From the NCBI GenBank assembly GCA_963734695.1, contig CAVTIL010000015.1, positions 465,260 to 529,259 of the forward strand: a stretch of DNA of 64,000 bases, in the 5' to 3' direction. The translations under genes and the position numbers were made by a program. The notes below the pieces were generated by a model. The model was not told the origin of the DNA and ran no database searches. It was given only the letters and a program-made list of their open reading frames with translations. This DNA is from an uncultured Acidobacteriota bacterium. Its GTDB lineage: Bacteria > Acidobacteriota > Vicinamibacteria > Vicinamibacterales > 2-12-FULL-66-21. Positions within the stretch are counted from its first letter, which is position 1; every line of letters starts with the position of its first letter. Shown piece after piece: positions 1-10,150 of the stretch.

Positions 1-162
1 GCCTCGCCTCGGCGCCGTCTGTCACGACCATGCCCGAGATGGAGGCTGTTCCAACGGCAGGCTGACGAGAACCCTCCCGAACCGGCCGCTGCGTTTGTGC
101 GATCGCTGAACCGTTCCACCCGAGCGAAACGGCAAGACACATCGCAGGCAGCAAGCGCATTG

Positions 163-2145
163 CTATCGAGGCTCCCGGATCCGAAGATCGAGCGTTTTGG
201 ACTCGCCTTCACCGATCGACACTGCTGACGCGCCGCGACTCAGCGCATCGAGGAATGACAAGTCCTGCCAGTCTCCCGTGAGCTCGTCCGGGACGGCAAC
301 GACGAAGTAGGTTCCTGCCGGCAGCGGCGAGATTTTGTAAACACCGGTGGGCTCGACTCTGACACTGCGAAAGCGTCGCGGATTCAGCCACATGCTCGAC
401 CAGGTCTGGCTATCGGAAGGAAACACGATCACGCTGGCGCCCGGCTCGCTCGTGCCGGCGCCGTTCCTGACCGCGCCGACTATCTCGGTGCGCCGATCGG
501 TGAACGTGAAGCTGACGCCGGTCGCATCCGTGGTCTCGAGGTCGAGCGGGCTGTCCGATACATCGCGGCCGTTGTAGGTCACGGATTGAAGAAACCAGCC
601 CGGCGGAGGCGGCCCAACCCGAATGATGTACTTCCCGCCCGGGAGGCCGTAGGCACTGAACTGCCCGTACGTGTCGAATCGCCCGCTCACCTGCGCGAAG
701 CGCGCTGTCTGGGCGGTTGAGTCAACGATGACCGGGACCTGCATGAGTCGTGCGCCGGGCTTCTCTCGTGCGCCCACGAACTCGGCGCGGCCGACAATCG
801 TCAGCCCGCTGCGAAGCGTCAGGGACAGATTCGAGATGTCGTCGCGGCCGACGGCAAGAGGAAAGGTCGCCCAGCGCACAATCGACGGGTCCGTATACAA
901 GCGGGCATTTGCCAGTTCGGCTGACGAGATCGTTCCGCTCCCGATAAGGATAACGGTTGAGGCTCCCGACAGGCCGTCAGGTGGCCTCACCCCCTTGACC
1001 ACCCGGATCGAATAAAGGCCGACAGGCACGGCGGGGAAAACAAACGCCCCGGCACGGTCGGTCACCGTCGTCGCGATTTCCTGCTCGAGCGGCGTGTCGG
1101 CGGCATCCTCGGCCATGACCCGGACTGGTATGGATCCAACCTGGCCGTCGGTGCTCACAATCGAGCCCGAGACGCGCCTGGTGGCCACCGGCGCAATCTG
1201 AAAGTCAATTCCGCCGCGCTCCTCGCCGGAACCGACGGTCACCACCGTCGCGCGGAGCGGGCTCGGCGTATTCGGATGGAACGTCGTGGGGTAAGCGAAC
1301 ACATGACCATCGCTCGATGGCGCTGGTCCAATCGCCGATCGCCCCAGCGTCAAGAGGGCGTCACCCACTTGCATCGACGTGCCACGGCCCCCCGTAGTTG
1401 CGGCGCCGATTTCCGTAATGCCCGGCGCGCCGCCGCGACGCGCGTCCTCGGCCGCCGACACCGGCACAGAGACCTTGGTGGAGACGGCAGCAACCAGGTA
1501 GTCACCGGGGAACAAGCCGTGGATTCGGTAAACACCGCGGTCGTCGGTCCACCCAACGGTGCCAGCGGTGACGAATCGACGTTGTCCCGCCTGAATCGTG
1601 CGGAGAAACGCGCGCATCTGAATGCCGACGACGGGCTCGCCGGCCTCGTCCACGACGACGCCCGACACGGCGGAGTGCCTCCACAAATAGATCCGAAGGC
1701 CGCCTGCCTTCTGGCCATCGAAGAGCACCAGGATCTGCGCGTCGCCGGCCGGACGCCGGCGGCCATACGCGCCATTCAGATAGCCGGGTTTGACGGCTGT
1801 CAGCCTGAAGCTGCCCTTAGGCAGCTTGCGAAACACGAATCTGCCGTCCGAACCCGTCAGGACCCTCGGAGTTTCAGTGAGTTGGTTTGAGGCCGCGGGG
1901 ATTGAGCCGGGAAACGCGGGCGGCGACAGCGTCGCCTGCACGCTGATTTCGACAAGGACGCCACTGATGGGGCTTCCGGTTCCCGCGTCCAGGACTTGTC
2001 CGACCACGAGAGCGGATCTGGGCAGGGACGGTGCCAGTCCAGGCAACTGGCCCTGTGACAGCTCTCCGACCGCCAACACGCCGGCAAGCGCCCAGCAAGC
2101 GAGGTTCATACACACCATCAGTGTGCCTTTCGCCTGATCATCCAA
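163..2145 (-). CDS. secreted protein with tandem carboxypeptidase-regulatory-like (CarboxypepD_reg) beta-sandwich domains
   Basis: 660-aa ORF. N-terminal hydrophobic signal-like segment (MVCMNLACWALAGVLAVG). Repeated G-x-F-x-F-x-L-P-x-G-x-Y/L motifs typical of CarboxypepD_reg domains. No TonB-dependent barrel recognisable. Confidence 0.55.
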   Translation of the reverse strand: MDDQAKGTLMVCMNLACWALAGVLAVGELSQGQLPGLAPSLPRSALVVGQVLDAGTGSPISGVLVEISVQATLSPPAFPGSIPAASNQLTETPRVLTGSDGRFVFRKLPKGSFRLTAVKPGYLNGAYGRRRPAGDAQILVLFDGQKAGGLRIYLWRHSAVSGVVVDEAGEPVVGIQMRAFLRTIQAGQRRFVTAGTVGWTDDRGVYRIHGLFPGDYLVAAVSTKVSVPVSAAEDARRGGAPGITEIGAATTGGRGTSMQVGDALLTLGRSAIGPAPSSDGHVFAYPTTFHPNTPSPLRATVVTVGSGEERGGIDFQIAPVATRRVSGSIVSTDGQVGSIPVRVMAEDAADTPLEQEIATTVTDRAGAFVFPAVPVGLYSIRVVKGVRPPDGLSGASTVILIGSGTISSAELANARLYTDPSIVRWATFPLAVGRDDISNLSLTLRSGLTIVGRAEFVGAREKPGARLMQVPVIVDSTAQTARFAQVSGRFDTYGQFSAYGLPGGKYIIRVGPPPPGWFLQSVTYNGRDVSDSPLDLETTDATGVSFTFTDRRTEIVGAVRNGAGTSEPGASVIVFPSDSQTWSSMWLNPRRFRSVRVEPTGVYKISPLPAGTYFVVAVPDELTGDWQDLSFLDALSRGASAVSIGEGESKTLDLRIREPR

Positions 2146-2255
2146 TCATTTTATGCGGCCCACAGAAAAACAAGAGGCACAGGCGCGCAAGAATTCGTGG
2201 ACAGACCTTGCACCGTGCGTCGGGGGCTATTACTCTCAGGGCCCGAGTTCCTGCT

Positions 2256-3029
2256 GTGCCACTGCTCATCATCATCGGCCGACGCTTCTATGCCATCGCG
2301 ATTATCGCGTTCGGCCTTCAGCACCTCGCGCACGGCGATTTCGTCACGCGCGTCGTCTTGACATGGCCTGGCTGGATTCCAGGCCCTCCACTGGCGGCTT
2401 ACATCATCGGCGTCGTTCTGATCGGTGTGGGAATATCGATCTTCGCGTCGTGGCGAACGCGGGCCATCGCGTTGGCGACTGGCGCACTCCTGTTGGTGTC
2501 GTTCGTGTTTCTCAGCCTTCCCCGGGCATGGACCGATTGCCTCTGGTGCGGTCAATGGACGAGCGCGGGCAAGACGCTCGCGCTCGGCGGCGGCGCGTTT
2601 CTTGTCGTGGCAACGCTTCCCCGCCCGGAGCGAGGGCCTGCCTGGACCTGGGTTGCAGGCCGGGTCTTGTTCGCCCAGTTTCTTCTGTTGGCGGGAATCC
2701 AGCACTTCATGTGGGCGGGCGGCGTATCAGGGTTGGTACCCGCGTGGATACCCTACCCTCTCTTCTGGACCTACTTCGCCGGTTGCGCGCTTGCGGCTGG
2801 AGCGGTGGGTATCCTGATTCCGAAGACTATGCGCCTCGCCGGCGCGCTCGTTGGCCTGATGATTTTCAGCTGGGTGTTCCTCGTTCACCTTCCGCTGGCT
2901 GTTAGGTTCGGGGGCACTCAAAACGGCAACCAGATCACGGCAATGTTCGAGGCACTCGCGTTCAGTGGAATGGGGTTGATGATAGCCGGGCGCGCCGGCC
3001 CGACCAGCAGGGCCTCGCGAAGCTCGTGA
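2256..3029 (+). CDS. polytopic membrane protein, DoxX-like
   Basis: ORF frame 2031..3029. The hydrophobic core starts at an in-frame GTG at 2256 (VPLLIIIGRRFYAIAIIAFGLQHL...). At least 6 predicted TM helices. Start codon uncertain. Confidence 0.4.
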   Translation: MPLLIIIGRRFYAIAIIAFGLQHLAHGDFVTRVVLTWPGWIPGPPLAAYIIGVVLIGVGISIFASWRTRAIALATGALLLVSFVFLSLPRAWTDCLWCGQWTSAGKTLALGGGAFLVVATLPRPERGPAWTWVAGRVLFAQFLLLAGIQHFMWAGGVSGLVPAWIPYPLFWTYFAGCALAAGAVGILIPKTMRLAGALVGLMIFSWVFLVHLPLAVRFGGTQNGNQITAMFEALAFSGMGLMIAGRAGPTSRASRSS

Positions 3030-3091
3030 ACAGCACTCCGCCTGCCCTCGCCGCACGGTCTGGCGGCCAAAGTCGCATATAGTGCGCTCCC

Positions 3092-4408
3092 ATGACCACT
3101 TCTCCCACACACGCCCGCTACCGGGTCGTGGCGCTGGCGACCGCGCTCGGCATGATCACGTATCTCGACCGGGCGTGCATCGCAACGCTGGCACCGGGCA
3201 TCGTGAGGGATCTCGGGCTGTCGACCGTGCAAATGGGCTACGTGTTCACGGTGTTCCAGCTGGCCTACGCGCTCTTCGAGATCCCCACGGCCTGGTGGGC
3301 GGATCGCCGTGGCACTCGATCCGTCCTCTCACGCATCGTGTTGTGGTGGTCATGCCTGACGGCGGCGACGGGCGCCGCGTTCAGCTACCCGGCCATGCTC
3401 GCCGTCCGCTTCCTGTTCGGCATGGGCGAGGCGGGCGCGTGGCCGTGCGTGGCCCGCACGTTCTCCCGCTGGATTCCCGTTCGCGAACGCGGCAGAGTCC
3501 AGGGAGTCTTCTTCGCCGGTGCGCACCTGGTCGGCGGACTGACGCCGATGCTCGTCCTCTGGCTGCTCAATTTCCTGCACTGGCGGACGATCTTCATCTG
3601 CTTCGGCTCGGTCGGATTCATCTGGGTCGCCGTCTGGCACGTCTGGTTCCGCAACGATCCGTCGGAGCACCCGTCGGTCAATGAGGCGGAGCTGCAGACG
3701 ATCGTGTCGGGACGGCCGCCAGACAGCAGGCATGCCGCCGGGTGGGAATACTGGGGACGCCTCGCCCGCAGCAGAAACATGATTGCGATGTGCATCATGT
3801 ACATCCCCAACTGCATGATTTTCTACTTCTGCATCACGTGGCTGCCGACATACCTGAAGCAGCGGCACGGGTTCGACGCCGCGGCGCTCGGGATCTTCGC
3901 GGGCCTTCCGCTGATTGTCAGCATGCCCGGAGACCTGCTCGGCGGTCTCGTCACGGATCGACTCGTCGCCCGCTACGGGCTGCGCGTCGGCCGCTGCGGG
4001 CTCGGCGCCATTGCGTACGTGATCGCAGGCGTCGCGCTGCTCGCTGCGGCCGCCTCCTCCACGCCGATACTGGCCGCCGGGCTCATCGCGCTGGCGACGG
4101 GCATGACGATGTTTACGCTTGGCGCGGCGTGGGGAACGGTGATTGAAATCGGACGCAATCACGTCGGCGTCGTCGGCGCCACGATGAACTCCGTGGGCAA
4201 TCTCGTGGCGATGCTCAACCCGCTCATCGTGGCGTACTCGGTTCAGTGGTTCGGCAGCTGGAACCTGCCGCTGTATCTCATGGGCGTGCTCTTCCTCGTC
4301 GGCGCGTTCTGCTGGACCATCGTCCATCCCGAACGGCCGGTGTTCGCCGAGGAGCCGCTGCCGTCACCGGGCCGCGCGGCGTCGTCGCTCGGCACAGCGA
4401 CGGCATAA
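3092..4408 (+). CDS. MFS transporter (anion:cation symporter/ACS-like)
   Basis: 438 aa, 12 hydrophobic segments. MFS signature G-x-x-x-D-R-x-G-x-R ([12 protein letters not shown]) between TM2 and TM3. Intact ORF. Confidence 0.8.
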   Translation: MTTSPTHARYRVVALATALGMITYLDRACIATLAPGIVRDLGLSTVQMGYVFTVFQLAYALFEIPTAWWADRRGTRSVLSRIVLWWSCLTAATGAAFSYPAMLAVRFLFGMGEAGAWPCVARTFSRWIPVRERGRVQGVFFAGAHLVGGLTPMLVLWLLNFLHWRTIFICFGSVGFIWVAVWHVWFRNDPSEHPSVNEAELQTIVSGRPPDSRHAAGWEYWGRLARSRNMIAMCIMYIPNCMIFYFCITWLPTYLKQRHGFDAAALGIFAGLPLIVSMPGDLLGGLVTDRLVARYGLRVGRCGLGAIAYVIAGVALLAAAASSTPILAAGLIALATGMTMFTLGAAWGTVIEIGRNHVGVVGATMNSVGNLVAMLNPLIVAYSVQWFGSWNLPLYLMGVLFLVGAFCWTIVHPERPVFAEEPLPSPGRAASSLGTATA

Positions 4409-4444
4409 CTCGGCTCCCAGCTCTCAGCTCCCACCGCCGACGAC

Positions 4445-5482
4445 TCACGGGTGCGCGAAATCCAACCCGTGAGGGCGTCCCGCGTACGAGAGCCGCTGTA
4501 CGACCGTGTTTCCCTCAAAGTGATCGATGACTGCGACGCCCGGACTCGTCCCGCCCTCGAACGACGCGAATGTGTATCGGCCACTCGGCGACGTCCACTG
4601 GTGCCCGGCGATCGTCGTAGCCTGACCCGGCTCGCTCAAGGTGACGAGCTCGTACTCAAAGGTGCTGGTATCCACCACAGCCATCTGGGCGGGCGACGTG
4701 CGCAGGCCGACGGTCAAGAGCTTTTCGTTTGCCGACAGTTGCAGCGTATCGGGAAGTCCAAGGGTCAGCGGCTGCGGAAGCTCGAGCACTTTGGGGGTCT
4801 CGAGATCGACCACGGAAAGCTTGTTCTGCGATCGCTGGCTTACATATGCCAGCTTTCCGTTGTGGGTCACCGCGAGTTCGTGAATACCGGGCACGGATAG
4901 CCGCCACAGCACGGCCCCATTCAACGGGTCCATCGCGATGAGCTCGTTCCCACCCTCGTTGGCCAGGTAGAGCGTGTTCCCGTCGTTGTCGAAGACACCG
5001 GCGTGTACCCGGCCGTTGGTCGTCTGCGGGTTGCTGTCCCACGGTCCGAGCAGGGTGTCATCCCGCGTATCGATGACCGCAACCATGTCCGTGCCGTAGA
5101 GCCCGACTGCGACCAGGTTCCCGCCGGAACTGGCATGCACGTGGTGCGGACGCCAACCGGTCGTGAAAGGAATCCTGGTGATTAGATTGCCCGTCTCTTC
5201 GTCAAGAATCGCAATCGCGGGAGGCGTTCCGAACTCTTCGGCCACGTAGAGCTTGCCCTTGGCATAGGCCAGGTCGCCGGGCTGTGAGTTCGCCGCCATG
5301 GCGATGGTGTTGACCAGATCGCCGGTAGCGGCATCGAAACCGCGGATCGTATGGGCGCCGCGGTTGGCGACCCAGATTGTGCCGTTCACGGCCCGATGGT
5401 CCGCGCTGCCTGCGAAGGCAAGCGTTCCGGCGGCGATGACAAAGCCTAGACATGTGTGTGCAAAGTGACGTCGGTGTCTCAT
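4445..5482 (-). CDS. secreted YVTN-family beta-propeller repeat protein
   Basis: 345 aa with N-terminal signal-like segment. Repeated ~40-aa units with V/I-x-V-I/D-x-x-T/S patterns (VAVIDTRDDTLL, LSVVDLETPKVL, MAVVDTSTFE). Confidence 0.6.
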   Translation of the reverse strand: MRHRRHFAHTCLGFVIAAGTLAFAGSADHRAVNGTIWVANRGAHTIRGFDAATGDLVNTIAMAANSQPGDLAYAKGKLYVAEEFGTPPAIAILDEETGNLITRIPFTTGWRPHHVHASSGGNLVAVGLYGTDMVAVIDTRDDTLLGPWDSNPQTTNGRVHAGVFDNDGNTLYLANEGGNELIAMDPLNGAVLWRLSVPGIHELAVTHNGKLAYVSQRSQNKLSVVDLETPKVLELPQPLTLGLPDTLQLSANEKLLTVGLRTSPAQMAVVDTSTFEYELVTLSEPGQATTIAGHQWTSPSGRYTFASFEGGTSPGVAVIDHFEGNTVVQRLSYAGRPHGLDFAHP

Positions 5483-5671
5483 GGCTCCTCACTTCAACTG
5501 AGTGCTTTCGTTGTTTTGAACGCGCTGACGTGGATCGACTCCGACGGGGACAATACGGTGATCGCGGCCGCAAGCGCGATGCACATCGTGTGGACTGTGG
5601 GTGAACTTCGGGTGAACCACCCCGATTTGACGAGCCATCGCGCGACACCTACACTCTCGGTCCACCGAGCC

Positions 5672-7611
5672 ATGGACCGCAAGGAGCATCAGCGCCTCCG
5701 ATTCGGACCGTTCGAGTTCGACGTTGTCACCGGCGAACTCTACCGGCAGGGGGAGCGCGTACGGCTCCAGGAGCAGCCGCGACAGGTACTCTCGGCACTG
5801 CTCGAACGTCCGGGCGAGATTGTCAGCAGGAACGAACTTCGGGAGCGGCTGTGGAAGACAGACACCTTCGTAGACTTCGAGCACGGGCTCAACACCGCAA
5901 TCAAGAAGGTCCGGCGGGCGCTTGGCGATTCGGCTGAGGATCCCGCGTTCGTTGAGACACTGGCGCGGCGCGGTTACCGGTTCATTGCGCCCATAACTCC
6001 CCCGCAAAACGCCCTCCTCGCACCGGTCACTCCGGAGCGGAATGCAGCGACGACGGCAGCCCCGTCGTCTACGGGCCGGCCGTTGATCTTCTGGACGGTG
6101 ACACTGCTGCTGGCCACGGTCACGGCCGGCGGCATCTGGTTCGCCAATCGCTCAGTTGAGGACTACTGGACGTCCGAGTCCGAGGCGGGGGCGAAACCCC
6201 TCCACCTGGCAGTCATGCCATTGCGGATTCTTGCGGGATCCGGTGCCCTGGATTCGTCCTATCTCGGTGTGGGCGTCGCCGACGCGATCACGGCTCGCCT
6301 GGCGGGCACCCGCAGAATCGGATTGCGGCCTACGGCGGCAGTGCTCCAATACAAGGATACGGAGCCTGATCCCGTCGTCGTCGCCGAAGCGCTCGGCGTT
6401 CACTATCTGCTGCTCGGCACAATCCAGCAAGCGGACGACACCTATCGCGTCAGCGTGCAACTCGTCGGCGCCGATGGAATCGGGGTCTGGAATCGAACGT
6501 ACGATGAACCCCGCGCCGATCTGCTCGCACTACAGGATCGAATAGCGGAGCACGTGGCGTCGGCTCTCAAGGTCAACCTGTCGCCCCCGGAACGTGCGCG
6601 GCTTCATGTTCGGTACACGCAGAATCCTGCCGCGTACGACTTCTACTTCGAGGACGCGCGCTGCTGGTGAATTTCACCGAGGCCAACATGCGCGAGGCGA
6701 TGGGGTACTTCGAGCAGGCGCTCGCGCTCGATCAGAACTACGCGTTGGCCAGGGCTGCGCTCGCGACGAGCGCGGCATGGTTCAGCGTGCGATACGCACA
6801 CGAAAAGGAGACGCTGGCGTGGGGGCAACGAGCCGATCAGGAAGCGCGCCGAGCGCTCGAGCAGGACCCCTCGCTGGCGGACGCACACCTGGCGATCGCG
6901 AGCGCAGCGGGCACTCTCTACGGCGGATTCAACTGGAAGATCGTGCTCGAACGAACCAGCGAGGCGCTCGCGCTCGATCCATCGCTCGATCTCGCTCATG
7001 TCGCTCGCATGCGCGTCTTCTATCATCTCGGCGCATTCGATCAGGCCCGGGAGGAGGCGCGGCTTGCTCGCGGTCTGAATCCGAACAGAAACGACGAGAT
7101 CGATCGGCTCGAGATCGCGGTGCTGCTGTTCGCGGGCAACTATCCTCAGGCTGTCCAACAGGCGACCGGCCTTCTCCAGCGACAGACTGAAGTTCCCGCT
7201 CTTCGACAGTATCTGGGCCTCGCCCGTTACTACGCAGGAGATGCGGCCGGCGCCCGCGAAATGCTGGCTTCGCTCACGCGAGGCGGCAAACCGGACGTAC
7301 GCGGGCAGGCAATGCTTGCCTCGGTCGAGGCGGCAACCGGACTGAAAGACCAGGCGAGCGCCAGGGTCGCCAGGATTGTGAACGCTCCGGATCTGGATCA
7401 CCACGTTGCGTACAGCATCGGCGCCGCGCTCGCTCAGCTTGGAAGGATCGACGAGAGCCTCGTGTGGCTGCAACGCGCGGCCGACACCGGCTTTCCGTGC
7501 ACGCGCTGGTTCGAACAGGATCCGCTGCTCGAGCGCGTGCGCAGCCAGCCAGGGTTCGACCGTTTGCTCGGCCGTATGCGCGCGTCCGACCCGCGGCACG
7601 CGGACCATTAA
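5672..7611 (+). CDS. CadC-like membrane-anchored transcriptional regulator: OmpR/PhoB-type winged helix, TM, TolB-N-like periplasmic domain and TPR domain. Interrupted by an apparent 1-nt frameshift near 6645.
   Basis: ATG at 5672 (MDRKEHQRLRFGPFEFD...RGYRFI = trans_reg_C), followed by a TM segment (LIFWTVTLLLATVTAGGIWFA). The frame then switches. Frame 5456 ends ...AYDFYFEDARCW*, while the overlapping frame reads RVRLLLRGRALLVNFTEANMREAMGYFEQALALDQNYALA and continues as TPR repeats to 7611. A single-base change in ttctacttcgag restores YDFYLRGRALL. Confidence 0.6.
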
Positions 7612-7664
7612 TAGCGGCAGGACTGAGGCTGCCCGCTCGTCGGCCCGTGCTAACGTATCGGCCG

Positions 7665-9184
7665 ATGTGGATCTCCTGTCTTCTTGCGTTCATCGGCAGC
7701 GCGTGCACGCTCGTCATCGAATTGATCGCCGGCCGCATCATGGCGCCCTACATCGGCGTGTCGCTCTACACGTGGACGAGCGTCATCGGCGTGGTGCTGG
7801 CGGGGATGTCGGTCGGGAACTTCACCGGCGGCGTCCTGGCGGATCGCTTCGCTTCACGTCGCGCGCTGGCGCTGATCTTCATGGCGGGCGGCGTCTCGTG
7901 CTTGAGCATCCTGATACTCACGCATGCCATCGAGGGCGTGACGTTCGGTCTCTCGTTCCTGCCGCGTATCGTCTTCTCGATCGCGATCACTTTTTTTCTC
8001 CCCAGCTTCGTCCTGGGCATGGTTTCGCCGATGGTCGTGAAGCTGGCGCTCGCGAACCTCGAGCACAGCGGTCACACGGTCGGCACGATCTACGCCTCGT
8101 CCACCGTTGGCTCCATTGTCGGCACCTTCACCACCGGATTCTGGCTGATCTCCTGGCTCGGGACTCGACGGATCGTCTGGCTGGTGGCGGGCATCCTGCT
8201 GTTGACCGGTTTGCTGATCGCCATGCGCGATCGCTCGAGACGTAGCGCCGCCATCGTGGTCTCGAGCGCCCTCGCGATAGCATTTTTTGGAGCGATTGGA
8301 GCCGGGTGGGTGTCAGGGAAATACCGGGCTCCCTGCGATGTCGAGTCGAACTACTACTGCATCCGGGTGTTCGAGGCAGGCAACGACGGACACTCCGCCC
8401 GGGTCCTGATGCTGGATCGGCTGATTCACAGCTACGTGGTCCCGGACGATCCGCGCGCGCTGGACTACGGATACGAGCACGCGTATTCAGATTTGACCGA
8501 AACCCTCGCAATCGGCCGTGACCGGATCGACACCCTCTTCCTCGGCGGCGGAGGGTACACGTTCCCGAGGTACGTCGAAGCGGTGTACCCGCATCGACCA
8601 TCGACGTCGTCGAAATTGACCCTGCCGTCACCGCGACGGCGTACGAGCGCCTCGCGCTTCCCAGAACCTCGCGGATCCGATCGTTCAACCAGGATGCGCG
8701 AATGTTCCTGGCCGAGTGGATCGATCCCAAGCGGTACGATGTCATCTATGGCGATGCATTCAACGACCTGTCGATTCCGTTTCACCTGACGACCGTCGAG
8801 TTCAACCGGATCATTGCGAACCGTTTGAAGCCGGACGGCGTCTACCTGACGAACATCATCGACAAGTTCGAGGGCGGGGAGTTTCTCAAGGCGGAGGCGA
8901 ACGCCTTGCGCGCGGTTTTCCCTCACGTCTACGTCTTCGGACGAGGCGACACGTTCCTGCCGTTCGATCGGAACACCTACGTCATCATGGCGAGCCGGCA
9001 GCCGTTGAATCGTGAAGGGTTCGACGCGATTACATCCCGCGCGGATCCGTCGTCGCGAACGACACCGCTCTCCGAGTCACGGCTCGGCGCGTACCTGACT
9101 TCAGGACGCGCGCTGACGCTGACTGATGACTTCGTCCCAGTGGATCAGCTGCTTGCGCGGTTGTTCGTCGAGCGCGGCAACTGA
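7665..9184 (+). CDS. spermidine/spermine synthase-family aminopropyltransferase with N-terminal polytopic membrane domain. Apparent frameshift near 8592.
   Basis: ATG at 7665 (MWISCLLAFIGSACTLVIELIAG...), about 7 TM helices, then ...FLGGGGYTFPRYVEAVYPH. The frame switches to ...TIDVVEIDPAVTATAYERLALP...DVIYGDAFNDLSIPFHLTTVEF (the spermidine-synthase D-A-F-x-D motif), ending at 9184. The shift site lies in the tandem heptamer catcgac-catcgac (8592-8605). Confidence 0.6.
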
Positions 9185-10132
9185 TCACTGTGGAACGCCG
9201 TCAACCAGCCAGGCGAGGAGGCTCCGCCAGAATCTTTCGTGGGCCAGGGGCGGCGCCTTTGGCGCCATCACCCACTGCCATGAGTCCTGGATAGTGAAGA
9301 CCGCCGACTTTCCACGGCCTTGATTCTGAATGGCGAGCACGATCCGCTCCCGGCCGGATTCGTCCACGGCGTTGAGAAGCGTCGTGGCTCCTGGCTTCTC
9401 GGAGACAGCATTGACCGTTGATACCGGGGGCATTTCCAGCCACAACCGCGCAGCGGCCGCCGCGGTGTCGGCAATCCGGATTGCCGGGTGATTTACGCCC
9501 TCCGCTGTGGGCGTGACGATGAGATGGTCGACGATCCCGGGCGCCTGGCGCCGACCCGTTGACTCGATGATGATTGGCAACACGTGCGCGAGGGGTGTTC
9601 CGGCCCAACCCCCCTCGCCGAGCGATTGCCCGCCGCCAAGCACGAGCAGACCGCCGCCGCGCACGCCGACGAAGTCAGCGATCATCTGGTGTTGCTCTGA
9701 AGTGAATGCGCTTGCCTCGATGGGACCCAGAATGAGGCCGCGGTAGACGAATAGCTCCTCGGTCGTACGGGGGAAGCCGTTTCGCAACTCGTCGGGTCCT
9801 TCGCCGTTGAACCTGAGGTACTTGTTGTCCTTCGTGCGCTGCAACGTGACCAGCTGCGTGTCGGCGACGTCGTCCATGGCGCGCCTGAGGAATTTCATCT
9901 CCGGCCTCGGAGCGCCCTCCATGTACAGGATTCTCTTGCGCTGAACTCTCCGGCTGGTGGCCGGTGATGGCTGGCTGGCCTGCCGGCCGACAGGCGGCAG
10001 GACGCCGCGCGAGGAATGGCTCGCGTCAGCGCGCAACGTAATGTGGCCGGACCGATCGGTCCACACCGCGGAGACCACAAGCGCGCCGGCCGCGAACAGC
10101 CAGAATCTGAGGCCGCCTCTGGAGAGAGCCAT
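9185..10132 (-). CDS. hypothetical secreted protein (possible class-I glutamine-amidotransferase-like fold)
   Basis: 315-aa ORF with N-terminal hydrophobic segment (FWLFAAGALVVSAVW). Core motif LLVLGGGQSLGEGGWAGTPLAHVLP. No confident family assignment. Confidence 0.35.
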   Translation of the reverse strand: MALSRGGLRFWLFAAGALVVSAVWTDRSGHITLRADASHSSRGVLPPVGRQASQPSPATSRRVQRKRILYMEGAPRPEMKFLRRAMDDVADTQLVTLQRTKDNKYLRFNGEGPDELRNGFPRTTEELFVYRGLILGPIEASAFTSEQHQMIADFVGVRGGGLLVLGGGQSLGEGGWAGTPLAHVLPIIIESTGRRQAPGIVDHLIVTPTAEGVNHPAIRIADTAAAAARLWLEMPPVSTVNAVSEKPGATTLLNAVDESGRERIVLAIQNQGRGKSAVFTIQDSWQWVMAPKAPPLAHERFWRSLLAWLVDGVPQ

Positions 10133-10150
10133 CGTGCTTTTCCGGTTACT

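Noticed and set aside
163-2145. TonB-dependent receptor call for the CarboxypepD_reg protein
   Set aside because: Only the N-terminal CarboxypepD_reg-like repeats are present in the 660 aa. No plug or 22-strand barrel region is evident.
3350-4327. 325-aa antisense ORF inside the MFS transporter gene (Arg/Asp/Glu/His-rich)
   Set aside because: High-GC antisense artefact. The sense strand encodes an intact 12-TM MFS protein.
6643-7608. 321-aa ORF on the minus strand, antisense to the TPR half of the CadC-like gene
   Set aside because: It is fully embedded in a well-supported plus-strand gene and has the Arg/Ala/Pro-rich composition of off-frame translation of high-GC DNA. No recognisable domain.
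8592-8605. The 7-bp tandem duplication catcgac-catcgac as the direct cause of the aminopropyltransferase frameshift
   Set aside because: Deleting one copy does not restore the reading frame (it creates a stop). A separate 1-nt indel is required.
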